Positions 1 to 13,417 of a stretch of 64,000 bases of DNA are shown in pieces. The first letter of the stretch is position 1. Each line of letters begins with the position of its first letter. Under the pieces are notes generated by a model that saw only the letters and a list, made by a program, of their open reading frames with translations, had not been told where the DNA came from and made no database searches. The stretch covers positions 116,312,001-116,376,000 of the forward strand of contig NC_043003.1 of assembly GCF_006345805.1 (NCBI RefSeq), written 5' to 3'. Source of the DNA: Octopus sinensis. Its lineage: Eukaryota. Both the position numbers and the translations under genes were made by a program.

Positions 1-554
1 CACCTACGCAAAAAAAAAACGAAAAAAAAGACAAATCCATGCAGATATCCACAATTACAGTTACAAACAACCAAACAAAAAAAAAAAAACAAAGAAAACA
101 ATGACATGAGTCTCCACATTGGAACCGGTACACACCAAAATAGCACGTATAACGTTGTATTTTTTTTTATGACCGTTTTTATTTTGGCGTTTGGCTTTTG
201 GATTTTTTTGTTTCTTCAATTTTTGCATATCTCTATCTCGCTCTACGGATTCTCTCCTCCACCCATTGTCATATGCAGCCGCTGTCAAGCGGACATTCAG
301 CTGAAGATTGAAAACAAATGCAGGAATGAAATAATAAAAGAATAACTATCAAACAATGAGAGGCCGAAATGGAGAGGTGAGGGAGGAAAAAATATGAGAA
401 ACGAGAACAACAAGAACAACAGTATCAAGACAGAAGCACCGACAGATACAATGGCAATGAGGCAACAACAACCACTACCACTACCACTACTAATATTAAT
501 ACTACTGCTACTTTTACTACTACAACATTTACAATTACTACTGCAAATAATAAA

Positions 555-1168
555 GGCGGCGAGCTGGCAGAAATGTTAGCACGCCGGTCGAAATGCTTAG
601 CGGTATTTCGTCTGCCGTTACGTTCTGAGTTCAAATTCCGCCGAAGTCGAATTTGCCTTTCATCCTTTCGGGGTCGATAAATTAAGTACCAGTTACGCAC
701 TGGGGTCGGTGTAATCGACTTGATCCGTTTGTCTGTCATTGTTTGTTCCCTTTGTGTGTAGCCCCTTGTGGGCAGTAAAGAAATAAGAAATGCTAGCACG
801 CCGGTCGAAATGCTTAGCGGTATTTCGTCTGCCGTTACGTTCTGGGTTCAAATTCCGCCGAGGTCGACTTTGCCTTTCATCCTTTCGGGGTCGATAAATT
901 AAGTACAGTTACGCACTGGGGTCAATATAATCGACTTAATACCTATGTCTGTCCTTGCTTGTCCCCTCTATGTTTAACCCCTTGTGGGTAATAAAGAAAT
1001 AGGTATTTCGTCCTCCGTTACGTTCTAAGTTCAAATTCCGCAGAGGTCGACTTTGCTTTTCATCCTTTCGGTGTCGATAAATTAAGTACCAGTTACGCAC
1101 TTAATCTGTTTTGTCTGTCCTTGTTTGTCCCCTCTATGTTTATCCCCCACTAGGCAATAAAGAAATAA
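555..1168 (+). mobile_element. tRNA-derived SINE family A, three tandem units
   Basis: Head GGCGGCGAGCTGGCAGAA (A-box-like) and GAGTTCAAATTCC (B-box-like). Body repeats at ~555, ~788 and ~1002; the third unit starts at GGTATTTCG and is internally deleted. Same family at 13745, 22657, 48053. Confidence 0.85.
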
Positions 1169-1179
1169 ATTACTACTAC

Positions 1180-1391
1180 ATCGAAGGAGAGGGGCTTTCT
1201 CCGTCCGGGTTGCGGATCCGTGGAATAAGCTGCTGGACGAGATAGTGAAGATGTCGAAGACCGCTCGGTTCAAAGTCTCCATCGACCACAAATGGCCTGA
1301 ACTCTTTGCATGAACATCACCCTGTACATAACTCCATGTCCCCCTACATGGCCTTACTTTTTGATTTTTGAGCCAAAATATTAACTAACTA
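1180..1391 (+). mobile_element. CR1-type LINE 3' end fragment with (TAAC)n tail
   Basis: Closely similar to the 3' end of the RT-bearing LINE at 32190-33162 (…GGATCCGTGGAA…TCCCCCTACATGGCCTT…TAACTAACT). Confidence 0.85.
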
Positions 1392-3755
1392 AAAATAACG
1401 TAACAAAACTAAAATAACAAAAAACAACAACAGAAAAAAAAACTAAAAGAATCCTGTAACCTCACAACAATCGCCACCACTGCTATTCCAGCCATTAACT
1501 ACAATAACAGCACATGGAAAGAGCAACAACAACAACAACAACGACAACACTTTAAACTGCCACAACAACACTAACAATAAAAATAACTACGCAGTAAGCT
1601 TGTACGCATTCACTTGTCCGGCTGGCAAGACATAGTAGCTACATTACCTGAAATCATATTCAAAAGAGCAAGTAAAAGTAGTCCATATATTTTTTAAATG
1701 TCGAGATAGCCACGGACGAAAAGTTTTCGATTGTACCAAACCTATCCAATTAGATTGCACTAAATAACAACAATTGCAAGATACCAAAGGTTAGTCATTG
1801 TTTTGACAGTGACTTCGAAAGCAATCCTCCATGCAAGAAATACATTTCCTATGGTAAATATTGCGCATGCTACAGACATGGAACACTTCTTATTACAACA
1901 TAAAACTAATTTCTCAGAATCAGAAATATAAATGGAATATATCGAAGCACGTTCGAGATTTTTTTTAAATGTCAAAACGTACTCACTTTTTGCAGAGAAT
2001 AAAAATGCATTCTAAACCTGAGAGAGTATTCCCTTAAACATGTATTCACTTAGCTTAGGTCTGTGAAAACGTCAAAGAGATGGATAAGCACAAATTCCCT
2101 TTATCTATTTAAAACATGAATTTTCGTGAAAGACAGAAGATTGAACACGACACATTCGTAGGGTCACTGATCAAATATATGTTGTCAGATTTGCCGCTGG
2201 TTTTCTAATAACTTGAAGCGATTCTGGGATAAAGATTGCGAAATATTTCTAAAGAGTGGAGACAAACTTTTAAGGATATCACAAAACTACAAAATATTCG
2301 GCTACGAGTAACTTATATACGACTCACCAATGAAAATGGGTGAACATACAGCAGATGTATTATTCCTAGGATATATACGTGTAGTGTATGATGAATCTGA
2401 TGAACAAATACAAATCTTTAGATATTTCTAACATAGAAAAGCCTAAGCTAAAATGATATAGACTCTTAATAGAGAACTAATTTAGACAGAGTACCTTTGA
2501 AAAATGTAACCAAGCTACTTTTTAAATGACTGGTACGGCTAGGTTTTCTATCGTATTACAACAAACTGCCATCAATTTATGTCGTTGGATATGAGTTGTA
2601 TTCTTGATAGAACAATATTACAAGCTGATATAGACTGATGACAATAGTTGTTAAAGTGTTCTATTTTTTGGCCAGATTTTTTTCCATGTTCTGTTTGAAT
2701 AAATGAAACAGAAGTCGCACCAAAAGTAAAGTATAGAATATATACAATATCTAACCAATGTTACAGAAGTGGCAAAACGCAATTCCATTGATCAGTGCTC
2801 TCAACTGTCTTGATAACGGAAGGTCACCAGATTCTTCAATATCATTTAAAGATGCATCTTTCAAATTTCTGATAAATTTTATGATCAAATAGTAAAAAAA
2901 TAAAGACCTACGTTCGGCGGGTGGGAATTGAATTCCTTAACGATATACGGATGTCTCCAAATAAAAGCAATTACTCAAATTTCTTGTACCTGTTTGAGGC
3001 TTTGTTTTATGATCCCACGAGCATAAACGCCAAGTTGGGTCTTGGAAGGATAAGAACTTAGGTCATATGGATACATAGACAAAAACTTAATTAACACCAT
3101 GTATGGAAGCTACGCCATCTCTGCAATTCCGTTTTCACGTTAATAACATAATAATATTATGAAAAAAAAGAAGATACAATAAGAATTTTAAAACGACAGC
3201 TAGAAGATAAAAAAAGAACAACAATAACAACAACAACAACAGCAATAACAAAAACAATTACTCAAGTGACAGCACACAGCATTCATTAGAGCAAGAACGC
3301 TAGGTCAATTCTATTTCTCAGTTTCTGGATAAATAATAAGCAGACATGATGACTGAATTGACAGCTTCATTCGTGAGGATGAAATAATCGGATTAGGAAG
3401 TTAACAATTACTTTAGCGTCAAAGTCTCAGCATCATTGTCTGCATCCCTTAGCAGCGATGACCTCAAACTAAACCTAAAACAATACAAGCCACACAGCGT
3501 ACGGAACGAATGCCTGAAAATGTTGAACGAAAACAGCTGAAGTTAAGCATTCTTAGAACTTACCATTCAATACTTTGTTATCGCAATGTTGAATCTTTCT
3601 GTAATTCATTTCAAGAATCCATATTTATGAAAGTCTTTCCTTTCTTTTCGTTTTCTCTTTTAGCGTGACTCCTAGATTTTAGAAGCAAAATGTCCAAAAG
3701 TGTAAATGAATGATGTGTTCTTTGTATAGAGTGTTTGTAATCTAGAATGGTATTA

Positions 3756-4268
3756 AGGCGGCGAGCTGGAAGAACAAAATACGTAGAGGCAAATCTTCCG
3801 AGTGTACGTTCTGGTGGAGGCACATGGCCTAGTGGTTAGAGCAGCGGACTCGCGGTCGAGGTATCGCAGGTTCGAATGTCAGACCGGGTGATGTGTGTGT
3901 TTATGAGCTAAACACCTAAGCTCCACGTAGCTCCGGCAGAAGGTAATGGCGAAACTTCTGCTGACTCTTTCGCCACAACTTTCTCTCACTTTTTCCTCCT
4001 GCATCTTACAGCTCACCTGCGACGGACCGACGTCCCGTCCAGTGTGGGGGAACCTATACGCCAAGGAAACCGGGAAACCGGCACCTATGAGCCAGGCGTA
4101 GCTCGAGAAGGAACAAGAAGGTTTACGTTCTGAGTTCAAATTCCGCTGTGATCGACTTCCCTTTCATCCTTTCATCGTTGATAAAATATGCACCATTTGA
4201 GCACCAACTTGATGTACTGAACGACAACACTCCCTTCAAAATTTCATGCCTTACGTCCATAGGAGAAA
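3756..4268 (+). mobile_element. SINE family A' (alternative tail) interrupted by a family C SINE
   Basis: Head AGGCGGCGAGCTGG at 3756. The body resumes TACGTTCTGAGTTCAAATTCC at 4124 and ends with the AAAATTTCA(G/T)GCCTT-type tail. Confidence 0.7.
3814..4123 (+). mobile_element. tRNA-derived SINE family C with 9-bp TSD
   Basis: GTGGAGGCACATGGCCTAGTGG…GGTTCGAAT head. TACGTTCTG is duplicated at 3805-3813 and 4124-4132. Homologs at 46821 and 63164. Confidence 0.9.
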
Positions 4269-5216
4269 GAATTATTTTAGTGTAACAAATAGATAGTATT
4301 GATATGCAGGTGGTGTACAAATGCATCACTTCACATTATTCTTAAACGCTGACCTCCACTCGATTCCATGAATTCCAGTATTTCTGGGTTGCATTCCTTT
4401 ATGGTTCTGGAAAGATGAAAGGCAAAATTAAACGCGATGAGATTTGAAGTCAAAACATGAAAAACCGAAATAAATATCGAAGCATTTTGTTCGTCTTTCT
4501 GACGAGACAACAAATCCGCCACCCTTATTCTTCTAAAAATTCTTTCTAATTTGGTACAATCTGAGGTGAGGAACAAGTCTGTTATATCGTCCACACTACT
4601 TTATTATTCAGTTTCTCAACCGCGGAAGAATGAAAAGCTAAGTCAAATCGGCTGCATTTAAAGAATTGGTGCTATATCTTTTATCCGATCCAATGACGAT
4701 TCTACCGTATGACCATTTTCATTCTAGTAATACTAATTCGTATCACTAGTAGTAATAATGTTGTTACTAGCTAGAGCGTTGTATACCGGCAATGTTTGGC
4801 GGGGCACTTTTTCCAGTATGGGGAATATCAGTAAATACAGCATATATGCAATATTTATAATCTTTCATCTCATTTCTTGGTGTTTAAACTAAAAAAATTA
4901 AATTGAATGAAAATTGATATTCAAAAGAGAGATATTTGTTACCTCAAATATAAAATTTAATAACAACATTTTCTATCTGTATTGCTCCATCGCTAATTCT
5001 TTTGTCTTTATGTTTTTGCCTCTGACTGTATATTTATTGCATTACATTACTCATTTCCTGCATGAAGCCTAGTATGTGTACTCATCCTACACGTCTTGTG
5101 TTGATTTTATTTATCTCTTTTACTCCATCTCAGCGTAAGATGTGAAGAACGAGTGAAGAAATTAGTCTACAAACCAATTTTTATATCGTTTATTATTAAA
5201 TGTGATGACAATATCG

Positions 5217-5398
5217 CTTGCACACCGAGCAAGACGATCAGCAGTATTTGATTTGTAGCTACGGCCTGAGCTCAAACATCGCCAACGTCGATCTTTTCGC
5301 TGTTGATCAAATAAATACCAGTTGATTACTGGGTTGGATAGAATCAATTAGCCCACTCCTCACAAAATTTCAGGCCTTGTACCTATAATAGAAAATAT
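5217..5398 (+). mobile_element. degenerate SINE A' copy
   Basis: …TACCAGTTGATTACTGGGGTTGGAT…AAAATTTCAGGCCTTGTACCTATAATAGAAAA matches the A' tail. Confidence 0.55.
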
Positions 5399-6039
5399 TT
5401 TAAAATAAAGATAAGGCTCATTAAAAGCTTCTCTACGTTTCAGCGGTGAGATGCGATTAATCATCCTGTGGCAATAATATCTCTCCAATTAACTTTCGTC
5501 ACTCCTCGATTTCGACTTGTGAGACTTGGCCGCTAATATCAATACAATGGAGCAGTTTTCGTCCTTTATTAGTGTGCGATATCACAAAAATATATCTGCA
5601 TTGAACATGCAGGTGAGATGCTTTTTACTGTTTAGCCTTCCAGAAGTGATGTAATTAAACACGTGAATTTATGGCTAGTTGTAATCAAATAAATCGTCAC
5701 AAAAACGATATCAGCTTATGCATGTTACAATCCTTTATTGTAATGATAGCTGCTGAATTACAGAGGAAAGTTCTGGTCCATCGCATAATATTTAAGCATG
5801 TATGCTAGACATATTCGCTGACATCATGGCAAGCGTCTGTTGAATTTGGCAGCAGAACACAAAGAAGGGCGATTAACATATAATTCTTATAAGCAGAATT
5901 GAACGTATTGATGACGTTGCTATCAATTCGGTTGACGCTTATTACAAAGTATGTAGTGAGAAAATGACGAGTTGCGTAACCTCGAACTAACCTCTCCAAG
6001 ACAATCATCACTTTAAACAATGTATTGAACATTGTTACA

Positions 6040-6100
6040 ATCCGTCAAGATCATCATCCGTCAAGATCATCCGTCAAGATCAATCCGTCAAGATCATCAT
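6040..6100. repeat. short minisatellite, four copies of CCGTCAAGATCA(T/A)
   Basis: Direct inspection; unit length is 13-16 bp. Confidence 0.8.
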
Positions 6101-6329
6101 AAGAAACTTTAGGCAATGACGAACTGAGCCCGTCTGAGATGAGAGGAGAAAGGGCCGTGTTCGTATATGCTTTTGTCAGACTATATAAAGATATGCATTC
6201 TCAAGATGTGAAAGGCAATGAGAATAGCAAGAGTTCAATGCGGAAAAAATTGGTGAATTTGCATCTTTACATCTGCGGAAATAAATTCATATTGTCTGAT
6301 AGCACCGAAAGATGCTGCGCAAACGAACA

Positions 6330-6500
6330 AAGTTATTTGTGGCGTGGTTCGATACTAATTCAAATTCTGCAAGATCGACTTTGCCTTTCATACTTTCAGA
6401 GTTGATAACATACGTCCAAGTTAAGTACAAGGGCCAATGTAATTCCGTATCCCACTCCCTCAAAATTTCAGGCCCCTGTGCCTATACTAGGAAGGATTAT
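6330..6500 (+). mobile_element. degenerate SINE A' copy
   Basis: TTCAAATTCTGCAAGATCGACTTTGCCTTTCAT… through …CAAAATTTCAGGCCCCTGTGCCTATACTAGGAAGGATTATT. Confidence 0.6.
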
Positions 6501-7240
6501 TATTATTGTTGTTGTTCTGACTGTTGTTGCTGCTGTTGTTGTTGTTGTTTTGTTGTTGTTGTTGTTGTTAAGCAACAAGACGGGTAAGGGTGATTAGGTG
6601 ATGGTCTAGGGCTTAGGGGCAGGAGACCCCAGACCTTCGAAAGAAAAAACTTTGGTCGTCTTGTTGTAGTCGAGGGCTCTTCGTTGACGCCCGACACCAC
6701 TGGGATTCGGCCCTCGAAGTCGCTAGAAATGGAGATCTCTAGGTCCAAATACTTGACCGGCTGTTGTTGCTGCTGCTGCTGCTGCTGTTGATGGAGTTGA
6801 TGATGATCATGATGATCATGATTTTTTGTGGTGATGGTGGCAAGCTGGCAAAACCGTTAACGTGCTGTACAAAACATTTCGCTGTACTTCTTTCGAACTC
6901 AGATGCCACCGAGGGTTAGCTTTAGCTTTCAGAATTACGAGATCAATAAAATACAGCACCAAACAAATAATAGAAGACGATGCAATTGATCTGCCCCACC
7001 TCAAATATCCTGCTTTATACAACGATCAGAAACGATTATTCATGGTTTTGCTGTTGTTTTGCAACAATAAAACAGACAAAGAATGTTCGATCTCAGCTCA
7101 GTAACCTTTCACAGACATTCGCACTTTCCACTTACATTTTGATGTAGTATCCTTGAAATTGTTTCTTAGGTACACAGTGGAAATTACCAATACCCTTTAT
7201 AGGGGGCTTCTCCCCCCCCCCGTTGCTATTCCTCTTCCCG

Positions 7241-7639
7241 GGGGGTAGGCTGTGTGGTAAGTAGCTTGCTAAACAACCACATGGTTCCGGGTTCAGTTCC
7301 ACTGCGTGGCATCTTGGGTTCTGCTATAGCCCCGGGCCGACCAATGCCTTGTGAGTGGATTTGGTAGACGGAAACTGAAACAAGCCTGTCGTATATATGT
7401 ATATATATATATATGTGTGTGTGCGTGTTTGTGTGTCTGTTTGTCCCCCTAGCATTGCTTGACAACAGATGCTGGTGTGTTTACGTCCCCGTAACTTAGC
7501 GGTTCGGCAAAAGAGACCGATAGAATAAGTACTGGGCTTACAAAGAATAAGTCCCGGGGTCGATTTGCTCGACTAAAGGCGGTGCTCCAGCATGGCCGCA
7601 GTCAAATGACTGAAACAAGTAAAAGAGTAAAAGAGTAAC
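7241..7639 (+). mobile_element. tRNA-derived SINE family B (CORE-like domain, internal TA/TG microsatellite, GTAAAAGA tail)
   Basis: GGCTGTGTGGTAAG A-box, GGGTTCAGTTCC B-box, CORE-like GGCA(C/T)CTTGGG… segment. Several homologs in the window. Confidence 0.85.
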
Positions 7640-7940
7640 AAACATCGTCCTTTTCTTTTAAAGTATGGATTCGGTTCCTTCTGAAGAAATTACAACGTTC
7701 CCCTGAAAGAAATATGGCCAACAGAGAAAGAAACAGATTAAATTAGAAATAAAAGCGGCGGTAAAATAAAAAAAAATAAAGTGCAGAAGTGACTATCGTG
7801 TCTTTTGATTAGTAACACCAAGGTGGCAGTCACGTCAGCGTCTGTCAGCGATCCGTTTAAAAATTGTGTTGTCCATTGCGAAAGTCATCATTCTAGAATG
7901 AGCGAAAAAATGTATTGACAATCAAACTAAAAAACTGCAG

Positions 7941-7941
7941 G

Positions 7942-8014
<73 letters not shown>

Positions 8015-8016
8015 TG

Positions 8017-8108
<92 letters not shown>

Positions 8109-8215
8109 AAGAAGAAGAAGAAGAAGAAGAAGAAGAAGAAGATGATGATGATGATGATCATGATGATCATGATCATGGTGATGATCATCATGATGATCAT
8201 GACGATCATGCTGAT
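7941..8215. repeat. compound (ATA)n(AGA)n(TGA)n microsatellite
   Basis: Direct inspection. Confidence 0.95.
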
Positions 8216-8828
8216 GATGATGATGGCGATGTTGAATTTGTTTCTGTTGTTGTTGATGATGAGAATGATGTTGAAGATGGAACTGACGATGAGAAGGAGG
8301 CTGACGAGATAAATGAAAAAAAAAGTAAGAGAAAAATAAGAAGCACAACAATTCACGCAAGAGTAACAAGAAAAAAAAAACTACAATGGAATTAAGAACA
8401 TTGCCAATATAATCTGGAAATACATCAAGAAAAATGGGGTTACGAAGGAAAATGTGCTTCCTTCCGTGATGACTTGCACGTGTATGGCAATATGAAGCCA
8501 CGCCAAAGAAGAATCTCTCTCTCTAAAAAAAAAAACCCCAAAGTACCTTGATGTCATTCGAGCATGATATCATGAAACGTTCATACAATGAGTTAAATTT
8601 CATCCAGGAAATGTAACTACAAACAGCAGCATAAACAGGAAGGACCGAAGATGCCGTATCGAAGCTCAGCATATTTTTGAAGAAAGCCTGCAACAGGCGA
8701 GAAGCAAAATAAGTAAGAAAGCAAAAGGGGATAATATGGGAAGCTAATTGTGCCATCTAGAATAGTGAGATGAGAACCAGGAGAGTGGGAATTAAGACTA
8801 GCGCGCCCTGATATTTCATTAGGAAATT

Positions 8829-9223
8829 ATCATATATAAAAGTCAAGCTGTGTGTCTGTCTCCAACGATTTAGATTCCTAACTACTCCCACATTTTGCGG
8901 TGCAGTTTAACCAAAACCGGGTATCTTATAGTCGTGATTTATATCGAGCCCTTCTGGGTATTAGCGCGCGTCTACGATGAGTCTACAATTTAAAAAAAAA
9001 TTTACCATTATTATTTTTCCATTTTAATACATTTTTTCATTATTATATAAGGGAAGTAACTCTCTAAAAATGTCTTCGATGAGTCAACGATTTTAAAAAA
9101 AATTACCATCATTTTTTTTCCCTTTTTAATGCATTTTTTGCTATGTTTTTGGCTATAACTCTAAAAATGCTTATATAGTTATTTCCCTTACAAACCCGAG
9201 CAACGCCGGGCGATACTGCTAGT
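8829..9223 (-). mobile_element. Helentron/Helitron-type non-autonomous element (HINE/DINE-1-like), family 1
   Basis: Minus strand starts ACTAGCAGTATCGCCCGGCGTTGCTCGGG (5' hairpin) and ends …CTTTTATATAT…AT. Homologs at 45347 and 47431. Class inferred from similarity to the Lep1/DINE-1 end architecture. Confidence 0.65.
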
Positions 9224-10237
9224 TATCATATATAAGAAAGCTACTGCCGGGAGCCGTGTGTTGCTAAATGCAAAAAATAGTTCAGCAGAATTCGAGGACC
9301 TGGCTGCAAAGATGCTGATTTTGAAATCATCGTTCTGCAAGATTAGAGATGCTTATATGCAAACGCAAACAGCGATCATTTTGGATGTACAAGTGTTTCA
9401 CATCATACAAAAAGGGTAACGGGATTTATAAGGGTACACGTCGACCTGGCACATTCATTGAACATTTAAGTCGCTTCCTTTGGAAGCAACTCCATGTTAT
9501 TGGCCCGAATTCAACCTCTGGACCGAATACGATCTTGGCATACGATCAGAAATATCAAAGTCCTTGTGTAGGTGGACGTATGAATTATTCGAAACAAACT
9601 TTACAGGCTTAAAACTGAAAACTACTGAGCCAATGTTTTGAATGCACGCAGATGAACAAAGCCCACGTTTTCTAGTTGTACATTAAGGACTTGTGAGCTC
9701 GTGTTAAACACCTGCGTTTAACTATCGGTCGAGATCGTAGCAGAAACTACCGAGCCACTTCTTGTGGCAAGGGAAGGCGACTTGTCTTCCTGTACTTGGA
9801 AGCTATGACAAAAACGTGAGAAGTAATTGCCTGAATAGTCTTAATAATATCCTTAATTAACATTTCAACAAATTAAGATGCCTTCTGTGGGTAATGATAT
9901 GTTTTAAAGAGTTACCAGACTAGCGTGTCTGACATATTTACACTAACATTTTTTAAAAACAGCAGTAAAGAAACTAGGTGCGACTGTGTTTGATAACAAA
10001 GCGGAGACATTGGCCACTATTAGAGATTTCCTTTTCTAGTTTTTGAAATTTCTAAACTTTATATTTCATTTTTAAATTGTGTAAAACACAATTGCTGCGT
10101 TTGCTTTGAATTGGACTGTACCCCAAAACTAGGGAGTTGCAACCAATAAAATTATCATAATCATCATTATCATTATTATTATTATCATTATTGTGATTAT
10201 TATTATTATATTATATTATTATTATTATTATCATTAG

Positions 10238-10270
<33 letters not shown>

Positions 10271-10308
10271 ATCATCATTATTATTATTATCATCATCATC
10301 ATCATCAT

Positions 10309-10343
<35 letters not shown>

Positions 10344-10346
<3 letters not shown>

Positions 10347-10787
10347 TTGAGTGAGAGAGCAGTGCATGCCATAAAAATGACACTGGGGTAAAATATACGA
10401 AGCACAGTATACCCATCATTACTACCCAACTGATAGGGGTACACCAGACACATGCATCACAACCATATGTGTGCGACATGGTGATCTCATATCAAGATAA
10501 ACAGCGCATGACCTAGCAGGTGGGGCCCAGTTAGAATTTTCTTCTAGTCGAGTAGCCCATCCCGCTCAAAAGGTCCCTGAATAAGGATTGTTTAAGGATA
10601 TTGAACGAAACACCCCTGTTTCCAAAGAATTCCTCTCAACACATGGCTTTGATGCTCCCCCACTACTTCTGCTCGTGATCCGAGATGCACATATCGTCAG
10701 CAACTAACGGAGATGCTCAACTGGTTAAGGTCAAACAACTAACTAGCAAATCTGTGGTATTGAGCAGAATATTTGCTGTAGCCCATC

Positions 10788-10791
<4 letters not shown>
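10344..10791 (-). mobile_element. non-coding repeat (family E) embedded between (TAG)n/(ATC)n and (TTA)n microsatellites
   Basis: 10680-10790 is the reverse complement of 38650-38765; both copies abut (TAA)n. Confidence 0.6.
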
Positions 10792-10846
<55 letters not shown>

Positions 10847-10881
10847 TATTATCATCATCATTATCATTATTATTATTATGA

Positions 10882-10939
<58 letters not shown>

Positions 10940-10949
10940 CATTGTTATG

Positions 10950-11170
10950 GGTGGTGAGCTGGCTGAATTGTTAGCACGCTGGACGAAATGTTTAGCGACA
11001 TTTCGTCCGTCTTCACCTTCTGAGTACAAAATCCACCGAGGCTGGCTTTACCTTTCATTCTTTCCGGGTCGATAAATTAAGTACCAGTGGAACAGTGGGG
11101 TCGATGCAATAGACTACCCACCTCCCCCAAAACATTTCAGGCCTTTTGCCTATAGTAGAAGGGTTTATTA
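10950..11170 (+). mobile_element. SINE A' copy
   Basis: GGTGGTGAGCTGGCTGAA head, A-type body, TTTCAGGCCTTTTGCCTATAGTAGAA tail. Confidence 0.75.
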
Positions 11171-11511
11171 TTCTTGTTTTTATAAGGGTAGCGAGATAAC
11201 AGAATTTATGCGTTGTATTATTTCTTGCAGTTCTTTATGCTCTGAAATTTCTTGCCATTGGAAACAGTTTTATCTTGTATATAATTTTTTTTAAATTCTA
11301 GTCTCTTACAGGAGTCAGGGTATCGAGTAGCCCCTCCTCTCAAACTGTCGGTCTTGTGCTTAAAAGCGAAACGATTTTTTAATGGGGTCTTTATGATTCC
11401 AGGCCTTCCATTTCATGTATTTCCCCACTAAGCACATAAAATATTGATTATATCTTGGAATCGATGCAATTGATGGTACCAATATTTTAGATAAAACACA
11501 TTCCACATCAA

Positions 11512-12051
11512 TAAATCTCCGAACGAGATGTAAACAGTAACCGCTCGTCAACGTAAAGTGTACTAGCCATCTGAATGTGGCTAGCCACTGGGGGTGGGTG
11601 TTACTGAAGCTTTTAGCCCCAGGAGATCATCGTCTCCAGCTGGCTTTAGACACACTTTCTGTGCTCTTCTGATATTCGCAAATATTCGCAATTACGTTGT
11701 CGAGCGGTTACTGTTTACATCTCGTTCAGAGATTTATTAATGCTTTCAGACAGTTTTTCGAAATCAGTGACAGTGGTTGCTGAGAAAAACATTAAATAAA
11801 TATTCGCAAACAGCTCTCTCCAATCGAAAACCGGTGGTTACCGTACGTTGACGAGAGGCAAAAACCTCGAAACTATAGTCCGTGCGTATCACTTAGGTTT
11901 TCGAGAGGGGATGACCTCCCTTTGCGAATATCAGAAGAGCACGGAAATTGTGTCTAAAGCCAGATGGAGACGATGATCTCCTGGGGCTAAAAGCTTCAGT
12001 AACACCCACCCCCAGTGGCTAGCCACATTGAGATGGCTAGTACACTTTACG
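11512..12051 (+). mobile_element. hammerhead-bearing non-autonomous retroelement (PLE pseudo-LTR/retrozyme-like) with inverted 5' part and 14-bp TSD
   Basis: Inverted repeats 11552-11682/11921-12051 and 11510-11556/11692-11738. ACATTCCACATCAA occurs at 11498-11511 and 12052-12065. Internal HHR motif. Confidence 0.7.
11842..11886 (+). ncRNA. minimal type I hammerhead ribozyme motif (U3 variant)
   Basis: cgtacg-TTGACGA-gagg caaaaa cctc-GAAAC-tata-GTC-cgtgcg: 6-bp stem I, 4-bp stem II, palindromic CTATAG stem III loop. Confidence 0.75.
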
Positions 12052-13126
12052 ACATTCCACATCAAACCCTCGTAAAAATGCAAGTCACTTGTACCCTAGT
12101 TAGAACGCGGTGCACACAGTTAAGAGGCGAAAACCAACAATATTAATATTGATATAATTTAGTATATCACAAACCAAGTTCAAAATATGATGCTTTCAAA
12201 CTTATTTCTGATGCAGATTGTGCAGAAAAAATGGGAAAATTTCTCTGAAGGGATCAAATAACTTGCTACATTTCCGTTTTCTTTCAAAATATGGGCGTTC
12301 TGCTGCCTCACAAAAAAAAATTTATCATTGTTACTTAAAAAGAATTTGAATATTTTATGATATTATTTCGATCCTGTTTATTTATTTCTGAAAATATTCC
12401 TTATCCTTATTTGTTGACCTTTGTGCAGCATTGGGATTCAATATTTTTCTATTGTACTTGTCTATTTATTCATTGTCATTCAGAACAGCGCCATCTGCCG
12501 AAATGTATATTTCCATATTCCTTGTTACTCAAATTAAAATTCAAGTATTGTCATATTCGCGACTGATCCGATTTATAAAGACAAAAGAAGGAAAGAAACG
12601 TTCAAACTCTATGGTTTGAGACGTTGGTGTCACTTCGGATTTGAACCTCTTTAATTCTCATTCTTTATTCATTGCCATTATCTGTCTTTTATTATTGCAA
12701 CGTTTCCCTTCGTAAATTTATTGATTTACGACAAAAATTTGGAATGCCTTCAATTGAGTAGCGCGTGTAGGGGTCAAAGTTTGAGGAGAAATGTTCCCTA
12801 AACATAAACATGCATCTCAGATTTATTTTCACAAACATAGTTCGGTTTTATACATTTTTTATAAAGATACGCCTGATAGACATTTCGAAGTAGATGTAAA
12901 AACAACAGACAACTTTCGCTAGATGACAAGCATTTAAGAAACAGGATCACATAACCGTACACATATATGAACGCATACATATATAATACATTACACACAT
13001 GCGCACGTACGCACACACACTCACACATACGCGCGTACGCACTCACAGACACATGCAAATAAACACAAACACACATACACACGCATTCACACACGCTCAA
13101 ACGCTCACACACAAACAAACAAATAC

Positions 13127-13159
<33 letters not shown>

Positions 13160-13170
13160 TATATATATAT

Positions 13171-13203
<33 letters not shown>

Positions 13204-13417
13204 GAGAAAGACACACAGACAGGCAAAGAAGTGCGCATAAATTAATAGGCTATTCGGCTCATGATCGTAAAGTCGATTCTCGTTGGTGCGTTGTTTCCTC
13301 CGGCACGAGATTTTAGTTCACGTTGCCCCACTCCACTCAAGCGAGTGGTACCTGTAATACAGAGGGGGCAGCCTTTTCCCATTCTGTGTCTCTTTGATTC
13401 TCCCTGAAAACTGTGTG

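Noticed and set aside
1760-2017. Hydrophobic 71-aa ORF and a 31-nt AG…GTGAGT micro-exon candidate on the minus strand
   Set aside because: Splice-like signals are expected by chance at this AT content, and no homology is recognisable.
3814-3890. tRNA-like sequences at SINE heads (also 46821, 61368, 63400)
   Set aside because: A/B boxes continue into SINE bodies with TSDs, and there is no complete cloverleaf; these are not tRNA genes.
9490-9600. Possible eroded Tc1/mariner WPPNSPDL-like motif
   Set aside because: Requires several frameshifts, and no TIRs were found.
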